From the human T2T-CHM13v2.0 reference genome, Homo sapiens: 64,000 bases of DNA. The notes under the pieces were generated by a model. It saw nothing but the letters and a program-made list of their open reading frames with translations. It was not told where the DNA came from and made no database searches. The stretch is taken from assembly GCF_009914755.1 (NCBI RefSeq), contig NC_060933.1. One strand, 5' to 3'. Below are positions 44,645-57,335 of the stretch, piece by piece. Within the stretch, counting starts at the first letter, position 1. Each line of letters begins with the position of its first letter. Made by a program: the position numbers and the translations under genes.

Positions 44645-45772
44645 GTAAAATAATTTCCTAATTAGTCATTAAACCCTCGTAGCTCACCAAACTGGCCTAT
44701 TGGAGAAAGAATACATAAGCTACCTTGTTGTCTGGGACAACATAGGTCCCGGGCAGTGGGCAGTCCCATCTGACGGAAGCCCACTGGTGCCGGGCTCTTA
44801 GTTGGAAGGGTTTCATTCATTGGATGATACTGTTTGTCTCTTAAGCCCTCCACTCTTGGTAACAATGTTTTACTTCAATGCTTTCCAGGGCCACCAATGG
44901 GTCTGCTTTTTCCCAGTGACTCATCTATCAGGGGATGCAAACTGATAGCCAATTAAACCTAATCTCCAGACAGACTGTGCTCAGTCCTGCATCATGTTTT
45001 ACAATTATTTGATTCTGAGCATTTTTCAACAGGCCCCATTCTCTCTGGCTTGCCTTAGTCACCATTGGTCCTCATTGTCCTCACACATACGTCTTCCCTG
45101 CCTGGTCCTGTTTATATTTGAAACTGGCCTTTTGCACCATGAATGATATTGCCAGAATGAATAAATGAGTACTGTGTTTGATTGCTGACTGCCGTAAAGC
45201 TTGAATTATGCTCATAGCCTTTATATTTCACTGAGGTTCAAGTTTCCATCTTTTAAAAAGACATTGGAATCACTATCCATGAATTCAGAGGTGAATTCTC
45301 TGAAACTCCTCCACACTATAGACTAAATTCTTTTCCCAAGACGAACAAAACAAATAGTAATAACTTGTTCACCATTTTCTGACCGCATAGCAAATGCAAC
45401 TACCAATGGGTTTCAATGAACGGTGTAAAACAGAATCCTACAATTATTTAACCAATCAATTTTGTGCCTTATATGGATGTTATTCTGTCAACTAGAATAT
45501 TACCCACTAGCCCTCCCGACCCACCCCTGGGAGAGACCTGGTTTGTAACATCAGATCTCTGGGTCATTCTCTCCAGCCTGTAGCATTCTCCTCTCTCCTC
45601 CTCTCCAGCATAGACCATGGCTTTTCCACACTTCACTTACAAAGCAACCTTGTTCCTCATGGGATTCGCCTTTCCTTTTTTCTCATTTATTACCTTTGTA
45701 TTAATGGTTTTGTTTTTTTTTTCCTTCACACTCAAACTACACCCACAACTTTCCCAATTTAAGAAACTTTAT

Positions 45773-45948
45773 CAGGGCCGGCCTCATGGGCATGTGATCT
45801 GTGCAATTGCACAGGGCTTCATGCTTTGAAAGGCCCTGTGCTTTGTTTAATGCTCTGCTGTTACTGTCTTGAAATTCTCTATAACTTTTGCCCAAGGACC
45901 CTACATTTTCATTTTGCACTGGCCCCACAAAGTATGTAGCCTGTACTG
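45773..45948. mobile_element. MER91A-like hAT MITE
   Basis: 'cagggccggcctcatgggcatgtgatctgtgcaattgcacagggc...ttttcattttgcactggccccacaaa'. Confidence 0.8.
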
Positions 45949-46392
45949 TACACATTTAATCTGCCACCCAACTCATAAATGCCCTAGATTACATTTCCTT
46001 GCTGCCAACTCTTTTTTGTCTTCATTAAAGTAGGGCAAACATCTGGTTGTACCAGGCTTCCAACAAATTAGTGGCTCCCAAAGTTTGGCCCACAAAGCTC
46101 TTCACACAGTTGGCTGGCTCAAAATGATGACTGCTGCATGGGTGTACTCATATTCTTCTTTCATGAACAATTATGTTTATATTAAAACCAGAGATCATCT
46201 CCTACTGTTCCAAAACCAATGCCCTTTCTCTTAGCCATTGTGATAGCTTTTGTGTGTGAAATGTTTGGTCTGATGGCTGTAAATGCCTAAGAGCCACTGA
46301 TGCAAACCCCCCAACCACACATTTTATCTGGCATCAAGGGTCAGGAGGAGCTCAAGTTCCAGGGTAAGCCTGGAACTTTGAATAAAGCTTTA

Positions 46393-46589
46393 GAATAAAG
46401 CTCTCTGACCTTACATGTTTTAGGAATGAAGAGTTCCAGTATTTTCATATTGGGAAAACAATGCATATTTGTGTAACAATAGAAATTCTATTCTTTCTAC
46501 TCTACATAGAAAGAGACATCATTTGCAGGAGTAGGTAGCTCTCCTGAAAGAGGAAATGGAATGAAAATCAAGTGAGTTTAGGAAGAGCA
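46393..46589 (+). repeat. 197-bp inserted copy of 44448-44644
   Basis: 3 mismatches; junctions carry short templated repeats. Confidence 0.95.
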
Positions 46590-46688
46590 TTCTTAAACTG
46601 AGACGAGTTAAGAATCAGAAATTCTTAAACTGAGAAGAGGAATCCAAGGGCAGCCAGCAATGTGTCACGGGAGTCAAAACCTCTGAGA

Positions 46689-47001
<313 letters not shown>

Positions 47002-48368
47002 CTAGAGAGTCACTATCACTCATTGCAATTAATCTGGAACATTACTTTTAATATGGTAATAAATATTTTACAGCATAATGTAAAATTCCCACAAATTTTT
47101 GTAAATATAAGACTTCAGAGCTATTTCGGCTGAGATGCCATTGCTTGAGCTCCTGCCCAGGTGTTCCTCTTTCATCCTTCTCTGCTGCTAAAAACACTTC
47201 AGTCAACAAATTTGCAATGCTCTGTTCTGCTACACCCAAAACCACAGCCAAATAAGACAAGGTCTCACAGACTGACAGTCCTGTGCTTTGTATTTAGAGA
47301 AAATCAACTATCCGGTAGAGATAGAGGTTTCCAGAACCTATAAAAATGTCAAGCATCAAAGGCTGAAGTTTAGTCTCTCTCACTTTGGTAAAGCCCTAAG
47401 TGGAAGTCTGAAGTCAGCAGAGTAGGGTGGGATTCAGTGTTGGTCACGTTCCTTACACATGCTGTCACTAATCCTCTAAGTGAACCTGGCCACATGAGCA
47501 ATGGACAGGCTCATCACTCAAGTCCACATTTCCATGGATACTGTCTGAAAACACAGTAAGATAAATTCCTCTGGCTGGCTTCTCATTGCTAAGCACCTGG
47601 TAATCCTGACCATCCACCTTTCAGTCCTTACCAAAGAAGCAGAATGACATGGAAGCAAAATCACATAATCCAGAGCCCAGAGGCCTGAGATCAAGTCATG
47701 GCTCCACCATTGGCTCAATGTATCTGGGTTTCTGCACATGTAGAACAGAAACAATACCTGACCACCTATGGGGTTGTTGCAAGGACCAAACTAGACAAAA
47801 GCACTACGTAAACCCCGAAGATGCTACCAATGATTCTATCATTCTTTCTGCTTTGCTCACTGATTCAGCATCCCCCAACATTCCAGTCCTCTGGTGGATG
47901 AAGCAAAAATACATCTTTGAGTTTCCACTTTTTCTTACCACCCTCGTGCCATGTCACAGAAATTCATTCAACATTTCATGAGCAAATGCTTCACCTTTCA
48001 AACACTGATAAAATTTACCTCCGAATAGCAGACTCTTTGCCTTCATGTTCTAGACACTCGGTTTAAATGTCACTGTAAGTTGGTATTTAACCCTCTAAAA
48101 AGTATCTAAATACCTCAACATGAACTTTTTCGTTAAAAGATTTAAATCTATAAATCCAGCTGAGCTATGGTGAATGAGGGAAGCAGTGCTTCTTTATTGT
48201 CCACACATTTGTCAAAGTTTCTGTGGGAAAGAGCTCATCCTGGACCTCAGGTCTTGACCAGAGATGACCAATCCTTGGGTGGAAAGATGCAAACATGGGC
48301 TCTTTACTTCAACACGTAAGTGCTTGGAATAAGATTTCTATACAGAGATGACATCCCAGCCACCCCGG

Positions 48369-48690
48369 TGATGGGGTTCAGGATGTGCTATCCTACAATA
48401 TGGCACATTGGCATTTGAGAAAATGACAGAGGCAGGAAGGTCACTCTCACCTTCCTCCCACTTTTCTCCCCCAAACAGGTCATACAACCCAGGAAAGATT
48501 TCCTGACCCTCCTCTAAACCAGGTCATAAGACTTTCATGTGAAAGGATAAAGAAAATGTAGTTCATTAACACAGTGAAATACTACTCAGTCTTTAAAAAG
48601 AAGGAAATCCTGTCATCTGTGACAACATGGATGAGCCAGGAGGACCTTATGTTAAGTGAAATAAGCCAGGCACAGAAAGAGAAATATAGC
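48369..48690 (+). mobile_element. MER31-like LTR 5' part (48369-48542) abutting an L1M 3' fragment (48543-48690)
   Basis: 'tgatggggttcagga...atggcacattggcatttgagaaaa'; then 'aaaagaaggaaatcctgtcat...ttaagtgaaataagccaggcacagaaaga'. Confidence 0.65.
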
Positions 48691-49755
48691 CGACAAAGAC
48701 CTATCCAACTAGAAAGGAGACCAGTATTATAGGCCAGAAACAGCACTGAGCTGAAAGCCAAAGAACTTTAGTTCTAGTACTGAATCTTTTCTAGTTAGCA
48801 AGTTTCGCCCCTTAGTCTCAGTTACCTCAGCTTGAAATTATGAAGTTGAATTCTATGATTTCTAAATTCCTTTCGAGTTCTAAGATCCTATTATAAGCAG
48901 CATTATTTTTCCACTCCAAAACAAAACTAGGTAAGAGACTATCCATTGGCAGAGGGTAATTCCTGATAAGTTTCATATATTCTGTTGAGAGATATCTCCC
49001 TTTCCTGTTAATGGAGGGAAAAAACTCAAACAATGAAGTGGTTCAGGAAATGTTTACCAGAACAAGATGGACTAGATTCTTCAGTGGGCAGCCGTGAAAT
49101 GAAACAGAAACATTTTAAGTGCTTTATTACTCTAGCAGAAGGAAGAAAACTATTCTGTCCTTTTAAAGCCTTGACCCAGGAGAAATTATCAGCAATTAAA
49201 AGTTATTGTTTTCCAAAAGGGAAAGAAAAAAGCCATCTCCTACCAAAAAATAAATTCTAAGAAGGTTATGTTTCCAGTTACTAGGAAAAGAAGCCTCATT
49301 CTTACTCCTTCTTTCTCATCTTTTAAGTGTAAGTATTTCCAAATCTCCTTAAAGTCAAGCAACATTTCTCCCTACAAACTCATTAAGTTGGTTGTTATTT
49401 TTGGAATTAGTTAATGAATATTTTCCTATGATTATACAAAACCAGAATCTCACCCTCTTGGATTCTTCTTAATATTCATAGCCCTCTCTTTTCAGGAAGT
49501 GAATGGCCATTATCACTAAAAGAAGTAAAAGGAATATAAAAACTGAAATCTGTGTTTAGATGCTATGTCTCATGCATACTGGTAATGCTCAGTGCAACTT
49601 ATCAAAGGCTCAGAAGGGAATTCTTTCAGAATGCTGCCACCAAATGGGTTGTAAAGGGTTTCCTTATTTGGGGTTCCTGGGGAAGCAGTTTTGTGGATTG
49701 TTGTGAAAGGAAAAAAAGGTGTAAGCCTCAACATCTTCAACCTCCTTAAGCTCTC

Positions 49756-50127
49756 TGTTATGAGCGGAATGTTTATGTCCCTCCCAAAGGTCATGTGTTG
49801 AAACCCTAACCCATAGTGCAATGATATAAGATGGTGAGGCCTTTGGGAGGTAATTAGGTTTAGATGAGGTCATGAGGATGCAGACGCCAGGTTGGGATTT
49901 ATCTTATTATAAGAACAGGAAGAGACACCAGAATTTCTCTCTGCCAAGTGGGGACACAGTAAAATGCAGGCAATGCAAGCCAGGGAGAGGGCCCTCACCA
50001 GAACCCGAATATGGTGGCACTCTGATCTCAGACTTCCCAGCCTCTGAAACTATGAGAAATAAACGCTTGTTATTTAAGCCACCCAGTCTACGGTATTCTG
50101 TTACAGCAGCCCAAGCTGATTAAGACA
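49756..50127 (+). mobile_element. MLT1A-family solo LTR
   Basis: tgttatgagcggaatgtttatgtccc...gaaataaa...taagccacccagtctacgg...taagaca. Confidence 0.88.
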
Positions 50128-50647
50128 TTTTTCTCTTCTTATCTGTAAAATAATGGATTTGCACAAAATGATTGGAGATTTTCTGGGAGCTTCAACAGTC
50201 TGTAATAATAAATAGAACAGTTACCACAGAATTAGAGTAAGAGAATTTCAAGTTAATCACTGGCTCACACAGACGAGAGATGCCAAGTGACATGCTGAGA
50301 AGGCATATGTAAGAAATCAGAATAAGTGATTGCTGATGAATCCTAAAAGAAGAAGCCACCATAAGTCAGTACACAGGAAGAGAGGCTTGATGGAACCACT
50401 GTTTGAGTCAGAAGATTCAAGTGTGTATGGGAGTTGGAGTGGCTGTAGTAAGGTTCTCAAGGAGGGCATGCTAGGTCTAACATTATATGTGTCCTCTGCA
50501 GATAACCTTCATCTGCATCTCACACACTTGAACATCGGTGCAATAAAGAAAGGCTGTAATACCAACAAGGTTTCCAAGGAAACCAACTCTAAGAACTTTG
50601 CAAACTTCTTTAAGTGCTGAATGTCTTTTCATACCTACTTGCTGCTC

Positions 50648-53635
50648 TGTATTTGTTTCTTAGGGCTGGGTGGCTTAACAACAGAAATTTATTTCTCACA
50701 GTTCTGAAGGCTAGTAAGTCCAAGATCAAGATTTTCGCCAACAATTTAGTTCCTGGTTAGGGCCTGATTCCTGGCTTGCAGGCACTGGCCTTCTTACTGT
50801 GTCCTCACATGGTGGAGAGAGAGAAAAAAAAACTCTAGTGTCTTTTCTCATAAGGGTGCTAATCTCATTGGACTGGGACCGCACCCTCCTGACCTCACTT
50901 AACCCTAATTACTTCCTAAAGGCCCCATCTCCTAACATTACATTGAGGGTTAAGGCTTCAAAACATCTGAATTTGGGGTAGGGGGAACATTCAGGCCATA
51001 ATATTCTTCCTCTGGGCTCCCAAAATTCATGTCCATCTTGAATGCAAAGGTGGTGGGGCTCTCACAAAAAGCCTTGGGGGCAAGACGGCCCCAGAGCCAA
51101 GGGCATGATGCTGCTACCTTAATGGGGACAGAAGGCAGAGTACTGAACCAAAGAAGATTATTCTTAAGCCTTAGCATCTAATCGAATTTTCCTTGCTAGG
51201 TTTTGGACTTGCTTGGAACATGTCATCTCTTTTTTCTGATTTCTCCCTTTTAGAATGAGAATATCTATATAACCTATGCCTGCATCATCAATGGATTTTG
51301 AATGTGCATAATTTGATTTCACAGGTTCACAGATGGAGAGGAATTTTGCTTCAGGATGAATCGTACCTTGAGTATCACCTATACCTAATTTAGATGGTAT
51401 TTAGATGAGACTTTGGAGTTAAATCTGGAATGAGTTCTTCCCTGTGAGAGCCCAGTCTCCTGGCTCTCTGGAAAGGCCCACCCCATGTGATTCTCTAAGG
51501 GAGAATGAAGTCATGGGCAGAGGCATCCTGGCCAGCAAAAACTAGAATGGCCACCCAACCCTTTGAAACAGATGAGGAACCAGCCCTGCCCCCTTGACCT
51601 GTGGTAAGAGTGGCAGCTCTGATGCTCTCCAAATTGCCTTTGGGATTATTCTTCCCTTTTCTTGAAAGATAAAGCATGTTCACAGCCAAATGGCCCCATC
51701 ATCCTATCCTGACAATGTACGAAGCCCAATATCCTGTTTTTTTTTTTTTTTGCTTTTTAATAATTTTTTCTAATTTTGTTACTTTAATTTCCCCATAGCA
51801 CCTTGGCGATGGCCCAACATCCTTCTTTCAGTCACTCCTGTTTATTTCTGCCCCCTTTAGTCCCAGCTGGCAACATTTCTCTTGGTATAATCCCATCCCC
51901 ATTCCCGGCTTCTGTTGAAATAGCTGATCAAATCCTTCATTCACATCCATACTATCTCCTTATCAAATAGTGTTCAGCCACACCCTTAGTGTTCTTTTCA
52001 GAATAATCTTTCTCATTCTTTGCAATATGGATAGCCTAAGAATTTGCCAAATCTTCAAGTTCTGGTTCCTTTTTGCATAGGAATTCCTTCTTAAATTCAT
52101 TTCTCTTTTCTCCATTTTACTAGAAGCAGTCAGGAAGAACCAAGGTACTCCTTCAATACTTTGCTTAGACATTTCCTCAGCTAAATATCAACTTCACTGC
52201 CTGCACTGGAACACAAACACAATGCAATCTAGTGCTCTGTCACTTTATAATAAAGTAGCAGTTTCCTCCAGTTTCTAATAACCTGTTTCTCATTTCCTTC
52301 TGAGACCTCACCAGAACCGCTTTTAATGTCCATATTTCTACCAGCATTGCATTCATGATTACTTAAGTATTCTCTACAAAGATGGTGGTTTTCTCTCCAG
52401 CTCTCCCCTTTCTTTCTAAGCCCTCACCAAAATTGCCTTTAACATCCATATTTCTAGCACACACCTCAAAACTCTTCCATGCTCTACCCATTATCCAGTT
52501 TCAAAGCCACTTCCACATTTTTAGATATTTGCTTATGGCAGCACACCATCCTTGGTACCAAAGTAAAATACTCCTAACAAAATACCAGTCTAGGTGGCTT
52601 AGACAATAGAAATTTATTTCCCACAGTTTGGAGGCTGAGAAGTCCAAGATCAAGGTGCTGGTTGATTTGATTCCTGGGGAGAAAACACATCCTGATTTTT
52701 CAGGCAGCCATCACGCCTTATTGCTGTATCCTCTGTTGGGGTTCAGAAAAAAATCCTCAAAATATGGCCCTTTGGCATGCTGAGCGCTTTGAACAAATGT
52801 GATTTAAAAGCCTCAGAATCAAAGTCTCTCTCTGATCTTCTCCTGATCCAGCCCGCCACCACCTCTTTCCTTTTTGAAATGCAGGGAGGTTCATGTATCT
52901 GACCAAGGGAAGATTTTCCAGAAGGATTGCAATTGTCTTGATCCACCTCTTTAGGAAGCTCATCAAACAACCAGGGAAGATTAATCACTGCAGAAGATAT
53001 TAAAAGTCAACACCACACCCAGACTGGCTACTACCTATTCTTCTGGAGGCTGCTCCAAAACAACTTTTATTACCTGAGAGGCTTTATCTGAATAATAACA
53101 CAAACTTTGTTTACAGTTTAGTTCCACCCCTCACCTTCCCAGAGGAACTTTGTCCTAAGCTGTTGTCTGTTCTTTGGGTTCATTTATTTCCCCTAAAAAT
53201 CATGTATTCTTCCTCTAAAATTACCTACATCCCCCACCTCCCTCTCCCCTATAGAATAGTTAAACTTTAGCCTTCTGGTCCTTTTGAGTTTCCTATTTTG
53301 TGTGGCTCCTGTGTGCTTGCACATTAACAAATATGTTTGCCTTTTCTCTTGTTAATCTGTCTATTGTCAGTTTGTTTTACAGAATCAAATTATTAAATCT
53401 TCATGGGGTGGAAAGTTCCTTCTGCCCCTACACCTTAAATGTTGAAGAGACAGAGGCAAAATCTCTGTTGTCTCTTTTTATAAGAGCACTAATTCCATTG
53501 GACCATGGCCTCATCTCCATGACTTCATCTAACCTATTTACCTCCTAAAGGCCCCACTTCCAAATATCATCACATTGAGAATTAGAGTTTTAACATATAA
53601 ATTTTAAGAGAGATACAAACTTTTATTCCATAATA
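50648..53635 (-). mobile_element. Two-LTR MLT1A MaLR element (LTR 50648-51003, internal 51004-~52562, LTR ~52565-53635)
   Basis: two same-orientation MLT1A-type LTRs; internal termini 'caaaattcatgtcc' and 'ccacttccacatttttagatatttg...ttggtaccaaa'; flanks tgctc/tgcgt as a decayed 5-bp TSD. Confidence 0.8.
52734..53432 (+). mobile_element. MER39/MER34-group ERV1 solo LTR inserted in the MLT1A LTR
   Basis: tgttggggttcagaaaa...aaaatatggccctttggcatgctga...cccctaca; flanks cctc/cctt. Confidence 0.7.
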
Positions 53636-54157
53636 TGCGTCTCTACACTCACAAACTTAAAGCTAAATAAGCCATTTATATATTAATGCCAATATCTATG
53701 AGTTTGATCAAATGATAGCAACCAAATAAGCTATTTCTGATACATATTTCTGTTATAATATTACAGACTAGAACAGAGAAGAACAAGAATCACCTATTGC
53801 AAATATCTGTAAGATGTAAGAAGACTGGATCTTGCTTATAATGGGACAGAGAGGATTAACAAATGAATGTCAGCAACTTTTCCTCTCTCATTTGTGTGAA
53901 AGGGGACTCTGGTTTCACTCCTTAAGTTTTTCTCCTCCCTTGCACTTCAAAGATGATTTTGTCCTTGCCAAATTGGGGTTTTAATAATGCAGAATGAATA
54001 GGAAAGGAGGAGGGGTAGAAAGATAGGAAGTAAGTAGGTAAGGACACACTCTGAGACTGGATCTAGTCTGAGCTTCATTCTAGTTACATTTGTTTTACAT
54101 TACCCTATTCTCAAGTGGTTTTAAGGCAGCTAGAAGACTGGTAGCCAAGATAGTGGC

Positions 54158-54593
54158 TATCAAGAACTAAGAAGGGTTGGAGATTTTACCTTACTTGCAA
54201 GCTCCCATGTTAGCATGCTATAGATGCTGGTAGAAGGCATGAGACAGAGGGCTTTATTATTCATTGCATAGAAAGTAACATGAGTATCTACATATTTGCA
54301 TCAGTTCTCCTGCTCCAGCATCCCAAGGGAGCTACATGGGCAGGCCCAGATGGATGCCTGAATGCTCAATGCTTGTGTTACAGGAGGGGAACTCTGAACA
54401 TAGGAAACTAAATCTTTTATAGTGGGCAGTAAGCATGTCTGTCCTTTACTCTGGAGAAAGACATTGCCTCTGTCTTCCAAGACTGTTTGCTATCCCAACA
54501 TCTTTGAAAGGAGAGTCCCTAAGAAGAACATTTAGAGCCTCACTTGCAAGACACAAGAAACATGAGATGCCCATAAGGAATTACCTCCCAACA
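54158..54593 (-). mobile_element. LTR40-like ERVL solo LTR
   Basis: minus strand begins tgttgggaggtaattccttatggg; contains 'catgcttactgcccactataaaagatt'. Confidence 0.7.
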
Positions 54594-55582
54594 ATAGCCA
54601 TGAAGGTGGAAAGCAGAGAGTTCAGACAATAGCTTTAAATCTCCTCCCTTTGTATTGTCCCCTTTCCAGCCTTTTTCTTACACGTATGATCATCAGAGAA
54701 AAAGAAAGAAGCAAAGCCAAGGCAATGAAAATAACTCATTTTTCTGCTGTTGGTGGGTTTGAGTAACTTCCCATTCTCGCACCCACCATACCCTGATGCT
54801 GAAGTTAAAAATGGAAGAGGCTATTCTGAGTGAGCCAAAATACATTTAGCTTTTGGGTTTCTACACTGACTTACCATTGTGGACACAAATACACTCTGAG
54901 TGCTCTCATGATCTAGAAGTTCCTAAACTTCAGTTGCCCCCAAAATGTAAAGTACTAAGACCCAAAAGCAATGCACAATTTAAGAAGCATTAACATCAAA
55001 GAAACTAGACAGGAAATAATAATATTGTCACTAATAATAACAATATTGATAAAATAGTTATTATTGAGTGGTTATAATATACTAGAAACTAGGCTAAAGA
55101 TCTACATCTATTATTTGGTTTTACAAATAAGGAAATAAATGTAGTCCCAAAGAAATTAAGTTACTCATCAAGGGTCAAACAGTGAGTAGCAGCTGGAAAG
55201 TAGACACCAAAAACTAAGCTCTAACCCAATCCACTATTTTGCCTCTGACAAGAAAGAAAAAGTAAGATTACACCCACTCAAAGAACTAAAATCAAAGTCC
55301 TCACCAAACATTAAAGCTACAAGGTAGCCAAGGTGCCACAGGCATGGGAAAAGTTCTCCTCTAAGATCCTTTTCCAGACATCATTCCTACCAAGCCTGCA
55401 GGGAAAGTAGCTCCAAACTTAATCTGTATCTTGTCAGGCCAAACACTTCTCTCAGGGCTCTCATGCTCTGTGAGTCTACAATCAGGCAAAACGTTTAAAT
55501 AAGTAAATAAAAACAAAAAGCAAATACTAAAACCTAAAATGTAAACAAAGACACAAGAGCAAAAGAAAGACAAAGTTCACTC

Positions 55583-56731
55583 CTGCTCAATATCACTAAT
55601 CATCAAAAGAATGCAAATCAAACCACAGTGAGATATTACCTCATACCTGTTACAATGGCTATTATTTAAAAAAAAAAAAAAGATGACAAGTATTGATGAG
55701 GATGTGGAGAAAAGGGAAATCTAGTACACTGTTCATGGGAATGTAAATTTGTATAGTCTTTGTGGAAAACAGTATGGAGGTTTCTCAAAATATTAAAAAA
55801 TATTGGACTTGGCAGTTAAAAAATTTAAAAATAGAACAAGTATAAGATCCAGAAATCCAACTTCTGGGTATTTATCCAAAGGAAATGAAAGCAGGATCTG
55901 AATGAGATCCCTGCACTCCACGTATAATGCTCCCATTGCAGCATTATTCGTAATAGCCAAGTTATGGATAAATGTCCATTGACAGATGAATGGATAAAGA
56001 AAATGTGACATAAACACACATGGAATATTATTCAGCCTTTAAAAAGAAGGAAATCCTGCCATTTTGCACAACTGGATGGACTTGGAGAACGTTATGCTAA
56101 GTGAAATAAGCCAGACAGAGAAAGACACTCATTCCATTGGACCAGGGCCCCATCTCCATGACGTTATCTAACCTATTTACCTCCTAAAGGCCCCACCTCC
56201 AAATACTATCACATTGAGAATTAAAGTTTTAACATATAAATTTTAAGAGACACACAAAACTTTTATTCCATAATATGCTTCTCTACACTCACAAACTTAA
56301 CACTAAATTTGTGATCACACTTAGATGTAGAATCTAAAAGAGTTCAAACTCTTGGAAGCAGAGAGTAGAATGGCAGTTGCCAGGGAGTAGGACAATGGGG
56401 AAATAAAGAAATGACAGTTAAAGGATACGAAGTTTCAGTTATGCAAGATAAATAAATTCTGGAGACTATACGGCATGGTGCCTATAACTAACAATAATAC
56501 ATTGTATCCTTAAAATTTGCTAACAGCGTAGATCTTAAGTGTGTTATCTCTAATAATAACAAAAGGGGCAGGAGGAAATTTGGGGAGGGGAAGAATGTTT
56601 TTGGCCTTGATGGTGATAATGGTTACACAGGTATCTACTTTTCTCCAAACTTGTTAAGTTGTATTTGTTAAATATGTACAGCTTTCTATGCGTCAATCAT
56701 ACATGTCAATCAATAAAGTGGTTTTTAAAAA
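55583..56731 (+). mobile_element. L1MA/L1MB 3' region carrying a foreign ~182-bp insertion
   Basis: 'atcactaatcatc...gcaaatcaaaccacagtgagata' through 'caataaagtggtttttaaaaa'. Confidence 0.85.
56126..56308 (+). repeat. Inserted copy of 53487-53668 (MLT1A LTR end plus unique flank)
   Basis: about 92% identical by hand alignment (~15 differences), including the non-LTR flank ctctacactcacaaacttaa. Confidence 0.92.
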
Positions 56732-57008
56732 GACTCATTTATTCATGAGCTAATCTTGTGGAACATGAACTGATGCAGGAAAATCCCACCATAATGTGCG
56801 ATGTGCTAATGATTTACCACTAAGTGGCTCCCACTACTTTCTCTCCTCTTCCTTGCCAAAGTTTTACTCCTGTTGGAAATGAGAGGAACATGTTCATTAA
56901 GGATTAGCAGCTGTTTCTCCCAAATGTAAGGGAAGAAACAGCAGCTAGTAGTGTAGTTAGTCAGAGTGGCAGAGAGGTTACCACTATACTTCTTGTTTGG
57001 AAATAGAA

Positions 57009-57335
57009 TGTATTAGTCAGAATATGCTGGGCTCTGTTGCAGTAACAAATAATTCCCAAGATCTCAGTGATTTAACACAATTAAAACTTATTTTTCCCTC
57101 CTGTACATGGAGTTCAATGTACATGTTCATGGTTGGCCAGCTTTCCTCCATGCAGCGATTCAGAGCACAGGCATTTTTCTCTTGTAGCTCTGCCTTCTCT
57201 AACCAAAGGCCTCAAAGATGACTCTAGACAGAGACAAAGAGGACTGAGAATAGGAGATTTATTATAGGCCAGTCCCAGAAATGGTACATATCACTTCCAC
57301 CCACATCCCAGTGACCAAAACTAGACACATACTCC
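57009..57335 (-). mobile_element. Old MaLR LTR (MLT1J/K-like)
   Basis: 'tgtattagtcag...gcagtaacaaataattcccaagatctcagtgatttaacacaa'. Confidence 0.6.
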
